DNA from: Gammaproteobacteria bacterium
GTDB taxonomy: Bacteria > Pseudomonadota > Gammaproteobacteria > Pseudomonadales > Pseudohongiellaceae
DNA: 47,661 bases
Direction: 5' to 3'
NCBI GenBank assembly: GCA_002700775.1
Contig: PAEL01000017.1
Location: 1-47,661, forward strand
This document shows, piece after piece, positions 1 through 9,410 of this stretch. A model generated the notes under the pieces. It saw only the letters and a list, made by a program, of their open reading frames with translations, ran no database searches and was not told the origin of the DNA. A program made the translations under genes and the position numbers. The first letter of the stretch is position 1. Each line of letters opens with the position of its first letter.

Positions 1-788
1 CGATAAAAGATCATGAACTTTTGCACTCTACATTGCATCGCCCAAATTACTCACTGACTGGCACATCGAATAAATACACGCAAAATAAGAAAGTTACGAA
101 AATTTTCCGCCAAAAAGAACCCATCAACTTAACCGGTAATGAATCTCTCTATCTGCAGAAAACCCTTTTAAAAAACCCAAGCAATAACATTTCTATTCCA
201 AGGACCACCGAACCGTATGAAGAGACGGTATTTAAAGAGAGAGAATTTAGAGCGGCCGTCGGAACTCTCCTTCATGAATTTTTTGAACATCACACGACCG
301 AGAAATCTGCCTTACCTTTGAAATTACGAATCGAAAAAACCAAGGGGTACTGGAGAAGAAGTTTGCAAAAAGAGACCATCGATACGACGATGCTTGATAA
401 AACTATTCGGCTAATGAAAGAGCTAACAATACAGACTCTGACGGGTAAAAACGCATGGATTTTTGACTCCTCCTTTAAAGATTCGAGCAACGAATTAGAA
501 ATAAGCACAAGAGAAGAAAGCTTCTCTTCAAAAAATTTACTCTGGGTTGAAAGAGATTACATCGTAGATCGTAGTTTCATCGACAAGAATGAGGAGCGTT
601 GGATCATAGATTACAAGACAAGCATAAAACCTGACGATCAATCTGAGGAATCATTTATAGCTAACCTAAGAACCTCCCATAGCCCGCAATTACAAAAATA
701 TGCCAGCCTGTTTTCGGATCTTGAGGATCGACCAATAAAAAAAGCGATCTTCGCAATAAGCTTGAACAAGCTTATCGTAATTAAGTAA
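1..788 (+). CDS. 5'-truncated CDS; C-terminal PD-(D/E)XK (RecB/AddB-type) nuclease domain of a larger protein
   Basis: The frame stays open from nt 3 to the listed TTG at 21, so the gene enters from upstream of the window. The translation carries the RecB-family nuclease motifs in order: GTLLHEFFE, IVDRSFID, WIIDYKTS, QLQKYASL. Confidence 0.6.
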   Translation, partial: IKDHELLHSTLHRPNYSLTGTSNKYTQNKKVTKIFRQKEPINLTGNESLYLQKTLLKNPSNNISIPRTTEPYEETVFKEREFRAAVGTLLHEFFEHHTTEKSALPLKLRIEKTKGYWRRSLQKETIDTTMLDKTIRLMKELTIQTLTGKNAWIFDSSFKDSSNELEISTREESFSSKNLLWVERDYIVDRSFIDKNEERWIIDYKTSIKPDDQSEESFIANLRTSHSPQLQKYASLFSDLEDRPIKKAIFAISLNKLIVIK

Positions 789-796
789 AATTTAGT

Positions 797-1360
797 TCAA
801 TTATTCAAAAGAACCTCTCCAGGCACAGCGTAAATTCCGGGTAAATTCCGCAGATAGCCTTTAAAATCCAAACCACTGCCGAATACATATCGATCGTCTA
901 CCTCCATTCCAACAAAGTTTGCTGAGATATTAGGAATGACCCTGGAGCTATTTTTCTTCAACAAAACAGCGCTAAGAACTTCTGAAGCCCCTTGGCCTTT
1001 GCAATAATCGATAACCTCTCGAAGAGTTACTCCCTCATCTAAAATATCATCAACAATTAAAACGCATCGATTCTTGAGTTGAACCGATGGAGTCGCATAC
1101 CACTTCAATTCCGATCCAAAAGTATCGTTTCTATATCGACTTACATGTAAAAAATCCATTTGTAACGGAAATCTTAGCTTACTTGCTAATCTCGCCGTTG
1201 TGATCAGCCCTCCATTCATGACCGTAATAACAACTGGCAGCTTTCTTGATAAATCGCGCTCAATTTCCAAAGCCATCCTCATCAGTGCATCCTCAACATC
1301 CGCCTCTGAGAACAGACATTCTGACTGTTCCTTTATAATTTCGAGCTGTTCTATTGTCAT
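797..1360 (-). CDS. hpt: hypoxanthine(-guanine) phosphoribosyltransferase
   Basis: 187 aa with PRPP-binding motif VLIVDDILDEGVTL. Its start ATG overlaps the upstream gene's stop (ATGA at 1357-1360). Confidence 0.9.
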   Translation of the reverse strand: MTIEQLEIIKEQSECLFSEADVEDALMRMALEIERDLSRKLPVVITVMNGGLITTARLASKLRFPLQMDFLHVSRYRNDTFGSELKWYATPSVQLKNRCVLIVDDILDEGVTLREVIDYCKGQGASEVLSAVLLKKNSSRVIPNISANFVGMEVDDRYVFGSGLDFKGYLRNLPGIYAVPGEVLLNN

Positions 1361-2457
1361 GAATTCTTAAACTCGTTTGGAAAACCATTAATAGTTCGGG
1401 TAGGGAAGGCAAAGTCAGCGCCATGGTCGTGAACGATATTGATTATCTTAATCATCACATCTTGCTTAATCTCGTGGTATCTAACCCAATTAGTAGTTTT
1501 TGTAAATGTATATATAAAAAAATCAAGCGAAGACGGCGCATACGAGTTCAAGTTCACCATAAGAGTTTGCGACTGATCAATTTCTTCATGAGTCTCCAGC
1601 ATATTCCTCACGGCCATCACAATATCATCAATTTTAGAGGCATCTTGATAGCGCAATCCGATGGTTTCTTTTATCCGACGATTCAACATCCTCGATGGGT
1701 TTTCAAGAGCCAATGTATTAAAAATTGAATTAGGAATATACAGAGGCCTCTTGTCAAAGGTTCTTACAACTGTGAGACGCCAGCCAATTGACTCGACAGT
1801 GCCCTCGATATCTCGATCCGGAGAGCGAATCCAATCACCGATTGCGAAAGGACGATCTAGATAAATCATCAGTCCTCCAAAAAAATTGGATAACAAATCT
1901 TGTGCGGCGAATCCAACAGCGATACCACCGACACCTCCAAAGGCCAATAGTGCCGTTACCTCAATCCCGAGCGTGGGCATCAATATAAGCGCAGCGGAAA
2001 TAATCACGGACAGACGCACAAGCTTCGCAAGAGCCATTAAAGTAGTGGGATCGATCTTACTTTGAACAGAATTCTCGCTTGAAAGAAGCGTTTGACGAAT
2101 TCGTAATTCAGCTCTATCAATTAACCGAATCAGAAACCACGCCACAAGGCCGATTAGCGATATTTGCCTTACCACCGCAAGGTTTTCAGTGGAAAAGAAA
2201 CCAGTATCAACATAATCGTCAATCAAACCAACTGCCCAGAGCAAACCAAAAACCAAGATCAACCAGCTTAAAGGACGTTTTGCCGCATCTAAAAGAGCGT
2301 CGTCCCAAATGTTAGCAGTTTTTTCGAGACGCTTTGCCGCACCGTTTAAAAACCGCATTGAGACAAATCTAATCAGTAAAGTTAAAGTAACAACAACAAA
2401 GAGCTCTAATCTCCAGTCTAGATCACCTAACAATGAAACCGCAGCTAAATCATTCAT
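1357..2457 (-). CDS. mechanosensitive ion channel family protein (MscS-like)
   Basis: N-terminal transmembrane helices followed by an MscS beta-domain pattern (GGLMIYLDRPFAIGDWI ... GTVESIGWRLTVVRT). I prefer the start at 2457 (MNDLAAV) because AGAGGA lies 8 nt upstream and the overlap with nagZ is only 8 nt. The longest ORF extends to 2487. Confidence 0.85.
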   Translation of the reverse strand: MNDLAAVSLLGDLDWRLELFVVVTLTLLIRFVSMRFLNGAAKRLEKTANIWDDALLDAAKRPLSWLILVFGLLWAVGLIDDYVDTGFFSTENLAVVRQISLIGLVAWFLIRLIDRAELRIRQTLLSSENSVQSKIDPTTLMALAKLVRLSVIISAALILMPTLGIEVTALLAFGGVGGIAVGFAAQDLLSNFFGGLMIYLDRPFAIGDWIRSPDRDIEGTVESIGWRLTVVRTFDKRPLYIPNSIFNTLALENPSRMLNRRIKETIGLRYQDASKIDDIVMAVRNMLETHEEIDQSQTLMVNLNSYAPSSLDFFIYTFTKTTNWVRYHEIKQDVMIKIINIVHDHGADFAFPTRTINGFPNEFKNS

Positions 2458-3499
2458 TTTTAAATTCCTCTTGAGAGCAAAATTCATAAATAACTTTAGA
2501 TTCTATTTGCCAACGCTCACTCTCATACAGATTATCTAATTCAAAAAACGTTCTACCTACCATCTGCCCAAGCCTTTCACTTTCTCCCAGATTAACGGCT
2601 TCCAAAAAGTCTGCCACTCGCATTGCCGATTTAGTATCGTTGCAAACTAAGATCATTTCGCAACCCGCATCTAATGCTAACTGGGCACGCCGCTCAATGC
2701 CTCCCGAAGATTCAGTTGCTAGCATCGTTAAATCATCACTAAAAATAACCCCTCGAAAATTTAAATCCTTTCGTAAAACCTGCTGAAGCCAGTAGGTAGA
2801 AAATCCTGCGCTCAACGCATCCACCTCGGGATAAAGGACGTGAGCTGGCATTATTGCATCAACTAAATTCACCGTTTGGGCAAAAACCTTAAGGTCTTTC
2901 TTTTTTATTTGATCAAATGTCCTTCTGTCCACCGGCAATTCTAAATGAGAATCACCAGTTACAGTACCGTGGCCGGGAAAGTGTTTTCCAGTTGCTGCCA
3001 TTCCGGCCTCATGCATTCCGTTTATGTATTCGGACGCCAATATGATTACTAATTCTGGATCATCACTAAATCCGCGATCTCCAATGACATTACTATTCAC
3101 TGAAAACAAATCTAAAACAGGAGCAAAACTAAAATCTACGCCAACGGCTCGTAACTCCGACGCCATTACCCAGGCGCTACTTCGCGCCATCATACAACCC
3201 TTTTCTAAATCAGTTCTCGCAAGCTCACCGATACGAAAGAGTGCTGGCAATGTTAAAAAGTCGTCACGAAAGCGTTGCACACGACCGCCCTCTTGATCTA
3301 CCGCAATCAAAATCGAGTTATTACATTCTCGAATCTCTGCAATCAACTTTTTCAATTGGGCCTTCGACCGATAGTTTCTTGCAAACAGAATTACTCCTCC
3401 AACCGCCGGTCGTGCAAGTAGCCGACGCTCCATAAGTGTCAATGCGAGACCCGATAAGTCAAGCATCAAGGCGCCTCGATATTTTGTTGATGCAGCCAT
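2450..3499 (-). CDS. nagZ: beta-N-acetylhexosaminidase (peptidoglycan recycling)
   Basis: 349 aa glycoside hydrolase family 3 pattern: LMLDLSG, IAVDQEGGRVQRF, KHFPGHG, SDDLTM. Confidence 0.9.
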   Translation of the reverse strand: MAASTKYRGALMLDLSGLALTLMERRLLARPAVGGVILFARNYRSKAQLKKLIAEIRECNNSILIAVDQEGGRVQRFRDDFLTLPALFRIGELARTDLEKGCMMARSSAWVMASELRAVGVDFSFAPVLDLFSVNSNVIGDRGFSDDPELVIILASEYINGMHEAGMAATGKHFPGHGTVTGDSHLELPVDRRTFDQIKKKDLKVFAQTVNLVDAIMPAHVLYPEVDALSAGFSTYWLQQVLRKDLNFRGVIFSDDLTMLATESSGGIERRAQLALDAGCEMILVCNDTKSAMRVADFLEAVNLGESERLGQMVGRTFFELDNLYESERWQIESKVIYEFCSQEEFKNE

Positions 3500-3612
3500 G
3501 ACTAAGTTCCGATTAGGAATTTTTATACTGTTTTAGCATTAAAACGGAGATTATCCCACTTACGGACCGCGTTGAGAAACCCGAATGATTAGCGAATTAA
3601 TAAAAAAATAAG

Positions 3613-3640
3613 TTGCACAATGTTTTTAACTGTATAAAAT
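3613..3640 (+). promoter_or_regulatory. candidate sigma70 promoter of lexA (-35 TTGCAC, 16-nt spacer, -10 TAAAAT)
   Basis: TTGCAC at 3613-3618 and TAAAAT at 3635-3640. The -10 element lies inside SOS box 1, the usual layout for LexA autorepression. Hexamer match by eye only. Confidence 0.45.
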
Positions 3641-3645
3641 GACAG
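3630..3645 (+). promoter_or_regulatory. LexA operator (SOS box 1), CTGT-N8-ACAG
   Basis: Sequence CTGTATAAAATGACAG is an exact match to the gammaproteobacterial CTGT-N8-ACAG core, 27 nt upstream of the lexA ATG. Confidence 0.85.
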
Positions 3646-3661
3646 CTGTTTAATTATACAG
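3646..3661 (+). promoter_or_regulatory. LexA operator (SOS box 2), CTGT-N8-ACAG
   Basis: Sequence CTGTTTAATTATACAG directly abuts box 1 and ends 10 nt before the lexA ATG. Confidence 0.85.
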
Positions 3662-3671
3662 TGGGTCAAAA

Positions 3672-4277
3672 ATGATTAAATTAACCGCGCGACAGCAAGA
3701 AATCTTAAGCTTTATAAAAGACTATCTAAGCGAAACTGGTTTCCCGCCCACGCGCTCGGAAATTGCTGATCGCATGGGTTTTCGTTCCCCAAACGCAGCA
3801 GAGGACCATCTTCGGGCATTAGCGCGCAAAGGTGCAATAGAAATTCAGCCGGGAACATCTCGAGGCTTAAGATTACCTATCAACGAGCAATTAGGATTAC
3901 CGGTCATAGGGCAAGTAGCTGCCGGAAGCCCAATCCTAGCAGAGGAATCAATCAGCAGTTACTGCGAAATTTCACCCGAGTTTTTCTCACCGTCCGCTGA
4001 TTACCTCCTTACAGTAAAGGGCATGAGCATGATTAACGCAGGGATCTACGAAGACGACTTACTAGCCGTCCACAAAACTGAACAAGCGTATGACGGTAAT
4101 ATAATCGTCGCAAGAATAAATGATGAAGTAACCGTAAAACGTTTGCAGAGGGGAAGAAGCAAATATAAATTAAGCTTACTGCCTGAAAATTGTGATTACG
4201 CGCCCATAGAAGTAGATCTAAAAAAAGACGACTTTACAATTGAAGGTATAAGCGTCGGTGTAATTCGCCGAACTTAA
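3672..4277 (+). CDS. lexA: LexA repressor (SOS regulator, S24 self-cleaving peptidase)
   Basis: 201 aa. N-terminal winged-helix region ([22 protein letters not shown]), cleavage-site region VAAGSP, catalytic Ser/Lys contexts VKGMSM and VTVKRL. Two SOS boxes lie upstream. Confidence 0.95.
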   Translation: MIKLTARQQEILSFIKDYLSETGFPPTRSEIADRMGFRSPNAAEDHLRALARKGAIEIQPGTSRGLRLPINEQLGLPVIGQVAAGSPILAEESISSYCEISPEFFSPSADYLLTVKGMSMINAGIYEDDLLAVHKTEQAYDGNIIVARINDEVTVKRLQRGRSKYKLSLLPENCDYAPIEVDLKKDDFTIEGISVGVIRRT

Positions 4278-4338
4278 TACACAAAAACTGTCGCTCAGTA
4301 ATAGATCTCTGGTTGCATAATTAATTGCTCACGATAGT

Positions 4339-7023
4339 CTACTTACTTTTTGGTGCCTTTTTTTTAATCGGCTTTTTCTTGGCCGACTTCTTTTTTACAA
4401 CATTTTCAACAACCCACTTGCCACTTTGGTAGAAAGCTTTCCAACCTGTCGCCTTTTTCTCAATTTCAGATTGCAGATAAATTTCTGCCGTCTTTCTGCT
4501 GTAACGAACAACTGTGCTTATTCCGGCATCATCCTCAACAGGCCCTGAGAATAAAAAACTGTACTTTTCATCAATCTCTTGTTCATACGGTAGTAATTCC
4601 GATAAAAAAGGCGCCCTAATCTCTCTGTTCTTAGGGAACTGACTCGCTGCCAAAAAAAGGCCGGAGGCTCCATCACGCAACACATAATGATCGTCAACGG
4701 TCTCGCATTTCAAATCGGGCATTTGAACTGGGTCCATTTTGGGTGGGGCTGCTTCCCCATTTCTCAGGAGCTTTCTCGTATTTGAGCATTTCTCACTGGC
4801 ACACCCAAAGTATTTGCCAAAGCGCCCAGTTTTTAACTGCATATCGTTTCCGCACTTATCACATTCAATAACCGGGCCGTCATATCCCCTTATCTTAAAC
4901 GCCCCATCCTCCACCTCGTAACCTGCACAATCCGGATTATTTCCACATACATGCAACTTCCTCTGTTCATCGATTAAATAGCTACTCATCGCGGTACCAC
5001 ATAACGGGCAACGTTTCTTCTCTCTCAACATTCGATTTTCTTGCTCTTCTGCCTCTTCTTCTGAGTCAGTGCGAATCGCATCGTCGCCCGCGGTCAAATT
5101 CATTGTGTGTTTACACTGCTCTTTTTTAGGATTACTGTATCCAGAGCAACCCAAAAAGACTCCAGTCGACGCGGTCCGAAGCTGCATGAACCTCCCACAA
5201 ACCGAACAAGGTATATTAGTGCCCGTTGGGTCATTTGCTCTCATTCCATCTTCTTCAGACTCAGCCTTGCGCAGCTCAGCTGTAAAGTTAGAATAAAACT
5301 CGTTTAATAACTCTTTCCAATTTTTCCCTCCCGAAGCAACCTCATCTAGCAGTTCTTCCATTTTTGCGGTGAATTCATAATCCATTAAATCCTCAAAACT
5401 CTCTTGCAACCTATCAGCAACAATTTCTCCCATTTTTTTTGAATAGAAACGTTTACTCTCAACCTCAGCATAGCCCCGATCTTGTATCGTCTGAATGATG
5501 GAGGCATAGGTAGAAGGTCTTCCAATAGCACGCTTCTCAAGTTCTTTTACGAGACTCGCCTCAGTGAACCTTGCTGGGGGCTTAGTGAAGCCTTGGAGGG
5601 AATCAAGTTTAATTAACTCTAATATATTTCCCTCGCTCACCTCGGGAAGAATTACGTCCTCGTCCTTAGACGGCATAACGCTCAAATAGCCGGGAAATTT
5701 CATGATCCTGCCTTTGATACGTAACTCGAAAGCCCCAGCACCAATCGTTATACTCGAGCTGACATATTCTGCTGGCTGCATCTGACATGCCACAAAGAAT
5801 TGCCAGATAAGGGTATAAAGTTTTACTGCGTCAGAATCCATGTTGTTCAACAGGTTCGCAGTCATTCTAACATCAGACGGCCGTATGGCCTCATGCGCCT
5901 CTTGAGCCCCGTTTTTCGAGCTGTAATGGATAGCTGAATTTGGGAGATATTCACTACCAAACTTTTTTTCTACATAATTTCTACATTGCAATATCGAATC
6001 ATTACTTAAATGAGTTGAATCCGTGCGCATGTAGGTAATATAACCCGCCTCGTAAAGACGCTGTGCCATCATCATTGTCTTTTTTACCCCAAAGCCAAGC
6101 CGCGTGCTTGCCGCCTGTTGTAGAGTCGAGGTGATTAACGGAGGCTTTGGTTTTGAGGATGTTGCTTTATCATTCTTCTTGATCACTTCAAATTGTGAGC
6201 TTTTAAGTAGCTCTAACGCCAAATCAGTTTGAGCTTTATTAGTTGGTCTAAAGCTTGAACCCTCAAATTTGGCAACTTGACAACGGAACCCGTTCCCTTC
6301 ATTACCTTTATTTAGATCAGCGAAGACCTCCCAAAACTCGTCTGGCACAAAGGCCCGGATTTCTCGTTCACGCTCCACTACTAATCTAACTGCCACAGAC
6401 TGCACTCGACCTGCCGAAAGCCCACGTGCAACTTTTGCCCAAAGCAGGGGCGAGACCATGAAACCGACCACTCTATCAAGAAATCTACGTGCTTGTTGCG
6501 CTTCAACGTAGCGCATATCAAGCTCTCCGGGTTCCGAGAAGGCTTCTTCTACTGCCCTCTTAGTTATCTCATTAAAAACCACACGCTTATAGCGAGATTC
6601 ATCCCCCCCGATCGCTTCTTTTAGATGCCAAGCGATCGCTTCGCCCTCGCGGTCAAGGTCTGTCGCTAAAAAAATATGCTCCGCACCTTTAGCTAGCTTT
6701 TTAAGCTCGGCAACAACTTTCTCCTTACCTGGAAGCACTTCATATCTGGCTTTCCAGTCGCTGTCCGGATCGACACCCATTCGTTTAACAAGTTGCTCGC
6801 GGGCTTTCTTTTTCTTATAAACGACTTTGTCTTCTGGACTTAACTTCCTAGTTATAGCCGCTGCTGCAGCCCGAGCTTTTGCATCAACTGGCTTTGTATT
6901 ACCGCTGGTTGGCAGATCTCGAATATGACCTACGCTCGACTTTACTACATAGTCAGAACCGAGATATTTATTGATTGTTTTCGCCTTAGCAGGCGACTCT
7001 ACAATTACCAGAGACTTTGACAT
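4339..7023 (-). CDS. topA: DNA topoisomerase I (type IA)
   Basis: 894 aa. Toprim start [13 protein letters not shown], active-site Tyr context [10 protein letters not shown], several C-terminal Cys4 zinc-ribbon repeats and a lysine-rich tail. Confidence 0.95.
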   Translation of the reverse strand: MSKSLVIVESPAKAKTINKYLGSDYVVKSSVGHIRDLPTSGNTKPVDAKARAAAAAITRKLSPEDKVVYKKKKAREQLVKRMGVDPDSDWKARYEVLPGKEKVVAELKKLAKGAEHIFLATDLDREGEAIAWHLKEAIGGDESRYKRVVFNEITKRAVEEAFSEPGELDMRYVEAQQARRFLDRVVGFMVSPLLWAKVARGLSAGRVQSVAVRLVVEREREIRAFVPDEFWEVFADLNKGNEGNGFRCQVAKFEGSSFRPTNKAQTDLALELLKSSQFEVIKKNDKATSSKPKPPLITSTLQQAASTRLGFGVKKTMMMAQRLYEAGYITYMRTDSTHLSNDSILQCRNYVEKKFGSEYLPNSAIHYSSKNGAQEAHEAIRPSDVRMTANLLNNMDSDAVKLYTLIWQFFVACQMQPAEYVSSSITIGAGAFELRIKGRIMKFPGYLSVMPSKDEDVILPEVSEGNILELIKLDSLQGFTKPPARFTEASLVKELEKRAIGRPSTYASIIQTIQDRGYAEVESKRFYSKKMGEIVADRLQESFEDLMDYEFTAKMEELLDEVASGGKNWKELLNEFYSNFTAELRKAESEEDGMRANDPTGTNIPCSVCGRFMQLRTASTGVFLGCSGYSNPKKEQCKHTMNLTAGDDAIRTDSEEEAEEQENRMLREKKRCPLCGTAMSSYLIDEQRKLHVCGNNPDCAGYEVEDGAFKIRGYDGPVIECDKCGNDMQLKTGRFGKYFGCASEKCSNTRKLLRNGEAAPPKMDPVQMPDLKCETVDDHYVLRDGASGLFLAASQFPKNREIRAPFLSELLPYEQEIDEKYSFLFSGPVEDDAGISTVVRYSRKTAEIYLQSEIEKKATGWKAFYQSGKWVVENVVKKKSAKKKPIKKKAPKSK

Positions 7024-7164
7024 TTACTCTACACACTCTTCTTAAAAGAAAAATTGGGACCCGAGCTCCGGGCACATATTTAAAGATAATTATCTATCCC
7101 GTCAAGCATTCGACCATAAATAATTCAGTCAACAAACGCTTTAATGCGAGAACACCTAGCTTAA

Positions 7165-8208
7165 TTACAAGTCAACCGAATGCACCCAATGACTGTAATC
7201 CGGCAAAATCCCGCTCTGGATTCCAACGAGCTTGTCGTATAGCGTTTGCATTACTGGAGTTTTAACCGATTGCCCGACTGGGTGCCACTGACCATCAAAC
7301 CACACTTTTTTTACAGGCGACAAAACAGCAGCCGTCCCACAAGCAGCCATCTCAGCAAAATTCTGAAACTCTTCCCTGAGGTCGATGGCACGCTCTTCAA
7401 CTCTTAAATTTAAATCAACCTCTGCCAAACTCATTATTGAGCGCCGAGTAATGCTCGGCAAAATGGCGCTTGATGCCGGAGTAACTAATTTATCGTTATC
7501 CATTAGCACTAAAATATTTGCAGACCCTGCCTCATCAATGAAACGCCGCTCTCGCGAATCTAAATACAGAGCTTCGTCAGCGCCCAAGGCGACGGCATCC
7601 TTCGTCGCTAATAACCCAGCAGCATAATTTGCACCCGCTTTATAGCTTCCGGTTCCCTGAGGTGCGGCACGATCGTAATCCGAAACTGCTAAACTAATAG
7701 AGCCCAAACCCCCTTCACTATAATAAGGACCAACAGGCGAACAGAATACTCTGAATTCAAATTCTTCTGCGGGACGCAACCCTAGATTCTCCCCTACCCC
7801 AATTAACATAGGCCTTATATACAACGAAGCTCCTGACCCAAATGGTGGAATCCAACGATAATTTGCCCTCACAGCCTGCTCGACTGCATTTATGAATAAG
7901 CTATCGGACACAGGTGGCATAAGTAGTCTCTCAGCCGTTCTGTGCATTCGCTCGGCATTTAGGCTGGGCCTGAACAAAAGAACTCTTCCGTCCACTGCTG
8001 TTTGCGCCTTCATGCCTTCAAAACACTGCTGTGCGTAATGCAGGGCAGGAGCGCCCTCGCTGACCGTAATAGAAGAACTCTCTATCAGCTCACCGTCATC
8101 CCATTCACCGTTTACCCATTTTGCTCGAAACCTATAATCAGTATTGTGATATTTAAATCCAATTTTAGCCCAATCCAACTGAACCTTTTTACCGAGTTCA
8201 CTCATCAA
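7165..8208 (-). CDS. ilvE: branched-chain amino acid aminotransferase (long, ~350-aa class IV form)
   Basis: 347 aa with fold-type IV aminotransferase patterns (FEGMKA, YIRP, GTGSYKAGANYA, EAGSANI). Confidence 0.85.
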   Translation of the reverse strand: MMSELGKKVQLDWAKIGFKYHNTDYRFRAKWVNGEWDDGELIESSSITVSEGAPALHYAQQCFEGMKAQTAVDGRVLLFRPSLNAERMHRTAERLLMPPVSDSLFINAVEQAVRANYRWIPPFGSGASLYIRPMLIGVGENLGLRPAEEFEFRVFCSPVGPYYSEGGLGSISLAVSDYDRAAPQGTGSYKAGANYAAGLLATKDAVALGADEALYLDSRERRFIDEAGSANILVLMDNDKLVTPASSAILPSITRRSIMSLAEVDLNLRVEERAIDLREEFQNFAEMAACGTAAVLSPVKKVWFDGQWHPVGQSVKTPVMQTLYDKLVGIQSGILPDYSHWVHSVDL

Positions 8209-8352
8209 CTTCCTTAACCCTTATCAACGTTTTAAGATCTTATTATGTTCGATTACCTAGATAAAAACTAGAAATACTGCGGAAAGCCATCTCGCCTAAC
8301 ATAACAGTATCGGTTAATATCGCAGCATTAACTAAAAATTTTTCTTACCGTT

Positions 8353-9159
8353 ATGAGCCTTATTGACATTGGTGCAAATCTCACACACCCATCCTTTGAA
8401 AAGGATCTCTCAGACGTACTCGATAGGGCTAAAGCAGCAAATGTTTCGCACATAATTGTAACTGGGAGCAATTTAGAGAGCAGCATCCAATCAACTAAAC
8501 TAAGCAAACAGTCTCCAAACTATCTTTCTGCGACAGCAGGCTTTCATCCGCATAATTCGAAAAATTGTCAAAATCAAGACTGGGCAAAAATATCAGAGCT
8601 ATGTTCAATGAGGGAAGTTGTAGCTGTTGGAGAATGTGGCCTAGACTATAATAGGAACTTCTCTCCTAGCAAAATCCAGCGAACGATATTTCGTAAGCAC
8701 TTATCGCTTGCTTCAGAAATAGGGAAACCCTTGTTTTTGCACCAAAGAGATGCCCATCAAGACTTTTATAACTTACTAACAGAATATCGTTCAGCTGACT
8801 TGCGCGGTGTCGTACATTGCTTTACTGATTCAGAAACTGCACTGCGCGACTACCTCGACCTCGGGCTGTTTATCGGAATAACAGGATGGGTTTGTGACAT
8901 CAACCGAGGAGAAGAGCTTCGGCGAATTGTTTCCTTTGTGCCAGAAGACCTGCTCCTCGTCGAGACGGATGCGCCCTATCTACTTCCCAAAAATATAAAC
9001 CCTAAGCCAAAATCAAATCGAAATGAACCGTGCCATTTGGATTCCGTTGTAAGTATGATTTCTGAGTGCAGCGGCCGAAGTAAAAATAAGATAGCTCAGC
9101 AAACTCGATTAAACGCTGCAAAGTTATTTTCCTTACCTGCCTTATTGAGCCTTGACTAG
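8353..9159 (+). CDS. tatD: TatD family metal-dependent deoxyribonuclease/hydrolase
   Basis: 268 aa. The N-terminus LIDIGANLTHPSF, then GFHPH, GECGLDY, LHQRDA, HCFT and ETDAPY match E. coli TatD-type motifs. Confidence 0.85.
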   Translation: MSLIDIGANLTHPSFEKDLSDVLDRAKAANVSHIIVTGSNLESSIQSTKLSKQSPNYLSATAGFHPHNSKNCQNQDWAKISELCSMREVVAVGECGLDYNRNFSPSKIQRTIFRKHLSLASEIGKPLFLHQRDAHQDFYNLLTEYRSADLRGVVHCFTDSETALRDYLDLGLFIGITGWVCDINRGEELRRIVSFVPEDLLLVETDAPYLLPKNINPKPKSNRNEPCHLDSVVSMISECSGRSKNKIAQQTRLNAAKLFSLPALLSLD

Positions 9160-9410
9160 TCGTCAATCTTGATGAACTTAGCTAATGCATCCTCATCGAA
9201 TGGCCAACCTAACTCCTCGCCTAAATCAAAATGCCGTAGGACTGGAATTCGGACGCCATATTTTTCAACCAACAAAGGGTCGCTTGATATGTCAATGAGT
9301 TTGATAGAAATCGATGTTGATTTCTCTTGCAAGGAATTAACCATTAAGAGTGCTGTCTCGCACAAATGGCAACCGCTAGTAGTATAAAAAAGAATATCGT
9401 GTTTACTCAA
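9156..9410 (-). CDS. glutaredoxin-like small thiol-disulfide protein (DUF836-type)
   Basis: 84 aa thioredoxin-fold-sized protein with a CHLC (CxxC) motif near the N-terminus and IPVL further on. 4-nt overlap with pyrD upstream. Confidence 0.7.
   Translation of the reverse strand: MSKHDILFYTTSGCHLCETALLMVNSLQEKSTSISIKLIDISSDPLLVEKYGVRIPVLRHFDLGEELGWPFDEDALAKFIKIDD

Noticed and set aside
3526-3545. Hairpin-capable CTGTTTTA-GCAT-TAAAACGG in the nagZ/lexA divergent region
   Set aside because: The stem is short and AT-rich, with a mismatch on the nagZ-sense strand. No transcript is expected to read it on the plus strand, and it is not an SOS box (the CTGT is not followed by ACAG at the correct spacing).
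7060-7072. Small GC hairpin (minus-strand CCCGGAGCTCGGG followed by a T-rich tract) between ilvE and topA
   Set aside because: The stem is only 4-5 bp. As a terminator it would leave just 37 nt for a topA promoter. I cannot tell from the sequence alone whether it has any function.
8313-8332. GTTAAT-N8-ATTAAC inverted repeat 20 nt upstream of tatD
   Set aside because: Six-bp AT-rich arms are expected by chance in AT-rich intergenic DNA, and I recognise no matching operator.
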